Source: Podarcis melisellensis
Taxonomy: Eukaryota
Assembly: GCA_964234715.1 (NCBI GenBank)
Contig: OZ174289.1
Strand: one strand, 5' to 3'
DNA: 64,000 nt
Shown: positions 60,541 through 64,000 of the stretch, piece by piece
Layout of the letters: each line of letters starts with the position of its first letter
How positions within the stretch are numbered: position 1 is the stretch's first letter
Notes under the pieces: generated by a model
What the model saw: only the letters and a program-made list of their open reading frames with translations
Told to the model about the DNA's origin: nothing
Database searches by the model: none
Translations under genes and position numbers: made by a program

Positions 60541-62699
60541 ATGGGGGTGCTAAATTCCGTAATTAGGCATGGTGTGGGGTTCCCCCTTCAGGCGCAGCAT
60601 CAAGGTGTGGCATGGCTGGGCATCTATCTGGGGCCCATACCCTAGCACAGGCTCCACAGACAGGAAGCCCCCTGGGTCTTGCAGCAGGGAGGAGGGAGAT
60701 TCATTCAGAGAGGGAGGATCTACGGAGTGTCTTTCCTGCGGGGGGGGGGGCATCTCTTGAAAACCTGGAGCCAACATTGCCTCCATCTTGGATCAGCCCA
60801 AAATCTTTGCCACCTGAGACTTCTAACGCAGCAAGGCAGAAGTGCTTCTCTTTGTTGCCTCTCTCCTAATTTTATAAACTCCTGTCTTTTCTCCCTTCAC
60901 CTTTTGAGTTTCAAGCTTTAGCCTTTTCTTGATGCACCCTTGATGTTTTAAGTTGTTCTTTTCTGTATCTCTCCCAGCACTATGATAACCCTTTTTCCCC
61001 CTTCAGATTTTCCAGGTTAAAAGGTAGCAACCTCAAGCAAAATACAGCTGCTTTCAACTGTGCAAACTGTCTGTCTGTCTGTATTGCAGTGTGCAAAGAA
61101 TTAATTGATCCCTTACTTCAGTTTTCCCTTCCTGCATTAGTCAGGAGGCCCCTTTCCTTCCATTTGCACTGCAAAGCGTTTCCATTTCTGAACATTTCCG
61201 ACTAATCACAGTAGGAGAAACCACCATTTTGTTTCCTTACCCCACAATTCTGGGTAAAATGGTGGCATGAAGATGAAATGCTGCCAGATCAAATACGCGC
61301 CTCGTCTGTCTTTCATCACCTCCTACAGCTCTTCCCTGTCTGAGACGTCAATCTGAATTCTTAATCATGTTAATATTTGATTTGTTGGAAGTTAAAAACA
61401 ACACCAAACAGTAGTGTTTACATTGCAGTCGAGCTCTGGTGAGAAGCAGGGGGGTTATTTCTCATTTCCCCCTTTGCAAATCAAATCGTTTACCCAAAAC
61501 AGTTTATTAGAAGGGTTGATTCAAATTTTGAAATATGATAACTGTACCTGGGGATAGAGGGGCGTCCAATGAAAACAACAACAACCCACATTAAATTATA
61601 CATTTTCTGGTCTCAGTCACAGATGCTTGAGGAATTTCTTCTTTACACATTCCAATTCAAGCAGACATACACCACCACTCCTGGATTAATGTGTGGGTTG
61701 GAATGCATTTAACCTTCGGATTTCACTATGCTCTGAATTTTGCATTGTAGCTCTTGGCTTAAACAAAAACAAAAACAACCTTATATAATGATGTGTATCT
61801 TAGGATAAAATAGGTTTAGAGAGATGAACTTTAAGAGAAGTGTGTCTTTTTGGAGAAAATTAGAATACGTAAACTTATTTAAATACTGTACACTGATTTA
61901 TTTATTTTTTAAAGTCATAAATTAATATGAGAATAAGATAGGATTTACTTATAAATGACCCGCATATAAAAATGAAACAGACTGGAAATATTAGGCTGAG
62001 ATTTTTCTGTGTCCCTGGTAAACCACTCTCCCTGTGGTTCTCTATTTCTCTCTTTTGGATATGTAATGTTAATATTTAGTTTGTGAATTCCTGGAGTGGT
62101 TCTTCTTCAGGATTCATCTCTCCATAGAACAGAGGCTGTGAGTGGCAAGGTGGTGCCAAGGTCAGCATGGTGCAAACACACCAGTGAAGCCAATCTGGCA
62201 ATCCTGCTGGCATGTTTGCACCTCACAACTGCCCCATCCTTCCATCCTGGTATGCAGCAGCAACTCAACCAGAAGGAGACCAAGTGAGTGGTGCAGACCC
62301 ACCACGGCACCTGATACCTCTGTAGAAAAATAAAACTTCTCATTTGGTGATGGGTGGATCTTAAGCCCAGTGTACATAAATGTATCAACATCAATATGTC
62401 ATTTTATCTGCTGCAAAAAGTCATTTCAAATAATGTGTAAGTGAACACAGCACATAACAGAGTAGATCTTTCACTATAATCAGGCTGCAGCAATGGGAAA
62501 GACGGCACTGCTGGGTCTGCTGTCTGTGTTGAGAGACCAGTTCCATCATGCTCCTCCTTCAGCTGTCATCTGCAGCAGCCATTCCATCTGGCTACATGAA
62601 ATGGGAGGGAGTCAGGGATGAAGGGCCTCTCCAGCAGCTCAGCTGAGAGACCTGCAACTTTCGGCTCCTCCTTTAACTCCTTCCATTCAAACTGGTGAT

Positions 62700-63480
62700 T
62701 ATTGCGTATTCAGACCCAGAGACCTCGCCCCTAAATAAATTCACACCTGACTCAAATTTTAGTTTTGGTTTTTGGCAGAATTTAGGCCACAACTTTATTG
62801 ATTACAGAAGGTGAGTGGTTGCATAGGCTCTGGTTCGACTAGCTCCCTGCACCCTTGCATGCAGCGCTGACCCAGGGCACCAGCATAGGCCAGCCAAGGG
62901 TGAACACCTGGATAAGTGGAAAGACGGGAACAGGCTATCTCCACCACCCAAATGTCCCCCTGGACTCAGGCACGGGCACAACTCCCTCTCGGGAGTTGAC
63001 CAAACCAGTTGAGTCCATGGATTCCTTTAATGGAATACCCTTCACATAGGGATAGAGAGACCGTTCTCCCATCCCTATCACCTTGAACCAGTGCCTAACC
63101 ACCACACGAGCACCGCGCTCGCCACCAACCACTCACACCTTTAACCAATCCCTTAACCCTGCTGACACTGCTGTCAGCCACAAATCATTCCCAATTACAG
63201 ACAGATCAACCCCATCAAGCCTGTAACGGGACGCATCACGGAAGGTAACGCCCAACGCCAGAATCTTCTTGGCCACAGTGCTCTGGATGCACTTCCTGGC
63301 CCTCTTGGTAGCATCTGGGCATCGGCTACCATGCCACACATGTCGCTGCAACAGCTGCGACCAAAATATTTTGAGTCCAGGAAGAGCTGCCTTCAACTCT
63401 TCCAAGTCCTCCTGCATGCAGGTCCGCAGGCTCAAGCAGGGAGCTTCTGGCAAATCGTTCTCACCAGCTGCCTTGTTCTC
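62700..63480 (-). mobile_element. Ngaro/DIRS-type tyrosine-recombinase retrotransposon 3' fragment with an SGNH-hydrolase ORF remnant
   Basis: ORF 63133-63567 has GENDL...IFWSQLLQRHVW...YRLDGVDLSVIGNDLWL (SGNH blocks III and V), followed by a terminal region aataaagttgtggcc...tttattt. Confidence 0.65.
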
Positions 63481-64000
63481 TGAATGACAATGGCACCCAC
63501 CTGAGAGGTACCAGTACTGAGTTCTGGCAAGTTCCTGCTGAAAAAAAACCCTGCCCTTTTGTGTCATGTCATTTAGCTTGTAAACTTGAGGGCTGGGGCT
63601 GTCTTAGTACCAATATTTGTAAGCTGCTCTGGGATTCCTCCCCCTCCCCCTGTAATATGTAATGGGATGGAAACATCAATCAGACAGTACAGTATAGCAT
63701 AATATAAGCAGGTACGTAGGTTCAACACTGGAAGGTGTGGTTAAACCTCTAAACATATTATTACAAGCAATCTGAAGCTGGTGGAAGGGATCCAACACCT
63801 TGCCAAGCCTATTATCAATGTTCCCTTTAATATTATTTTATAGCCTGTCTTGGGTTAAATCCAAGTAATTGTACCTAAATGGCTTGCGGATTGAGCTTAC
63901 ATTCCAGGTATGCTTCTTCCACAGTGAAATCAAACTGTGGCGGGAGGGGGACAAAAACAGAGCAATTTTAAAATATGCACAAACCCATGTTTAGACAGTT

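Noticed and set aside
1-64000. CRISPR arrays, rRNA, or prokaryotic operon/defence systems
   Set aside because: Spliced vertebrate DNA; no regularly spaced repeat-spacer arrays or such genes were seen.

Overview
Vertebrate (squamate reptile, probably lacertid lizard, inferred from Sauria/Squam-type SINEs and Bov-B) genomic DNA. The only intact protein-coding gene is ZIC3 on the minus strand: exon 1 CDS 3189-4383, exon 2 1398-1561, and exon 3 running off the window at 1-29. It has a CpG-island promoter near 4.5-5.3 kb. The other ~59 kb is upstream gene desert: an almost transposon-free zone to ~15 kb, a second CpG-rich island at ~28-30.6 kb, and many interspersed repeats (Squam2/Squam3/Sauria/MIR-like SINEs, CR1, L2, Bov-B nested in an RTEX-like LINE, hAT MITEs, Penelope fragments, an Ngaro/DIRS fragment). 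The most notable observations are a 16-aa Pro/Gln/His insertion in ZIC3 zinc finger 1 with reshuffled homopolymer tracts, a perfect 31-bp foldback in ZIC3 intron 1, an intronless decayed KRAB A+B retrocopy at ~38.4-38.6 kb, and a ~140-bp unclassified sequence duplicated 24 kb apart. I found no convincing novel multi-gene system. Repeat family names come from recalled consensus features, not from database searches.
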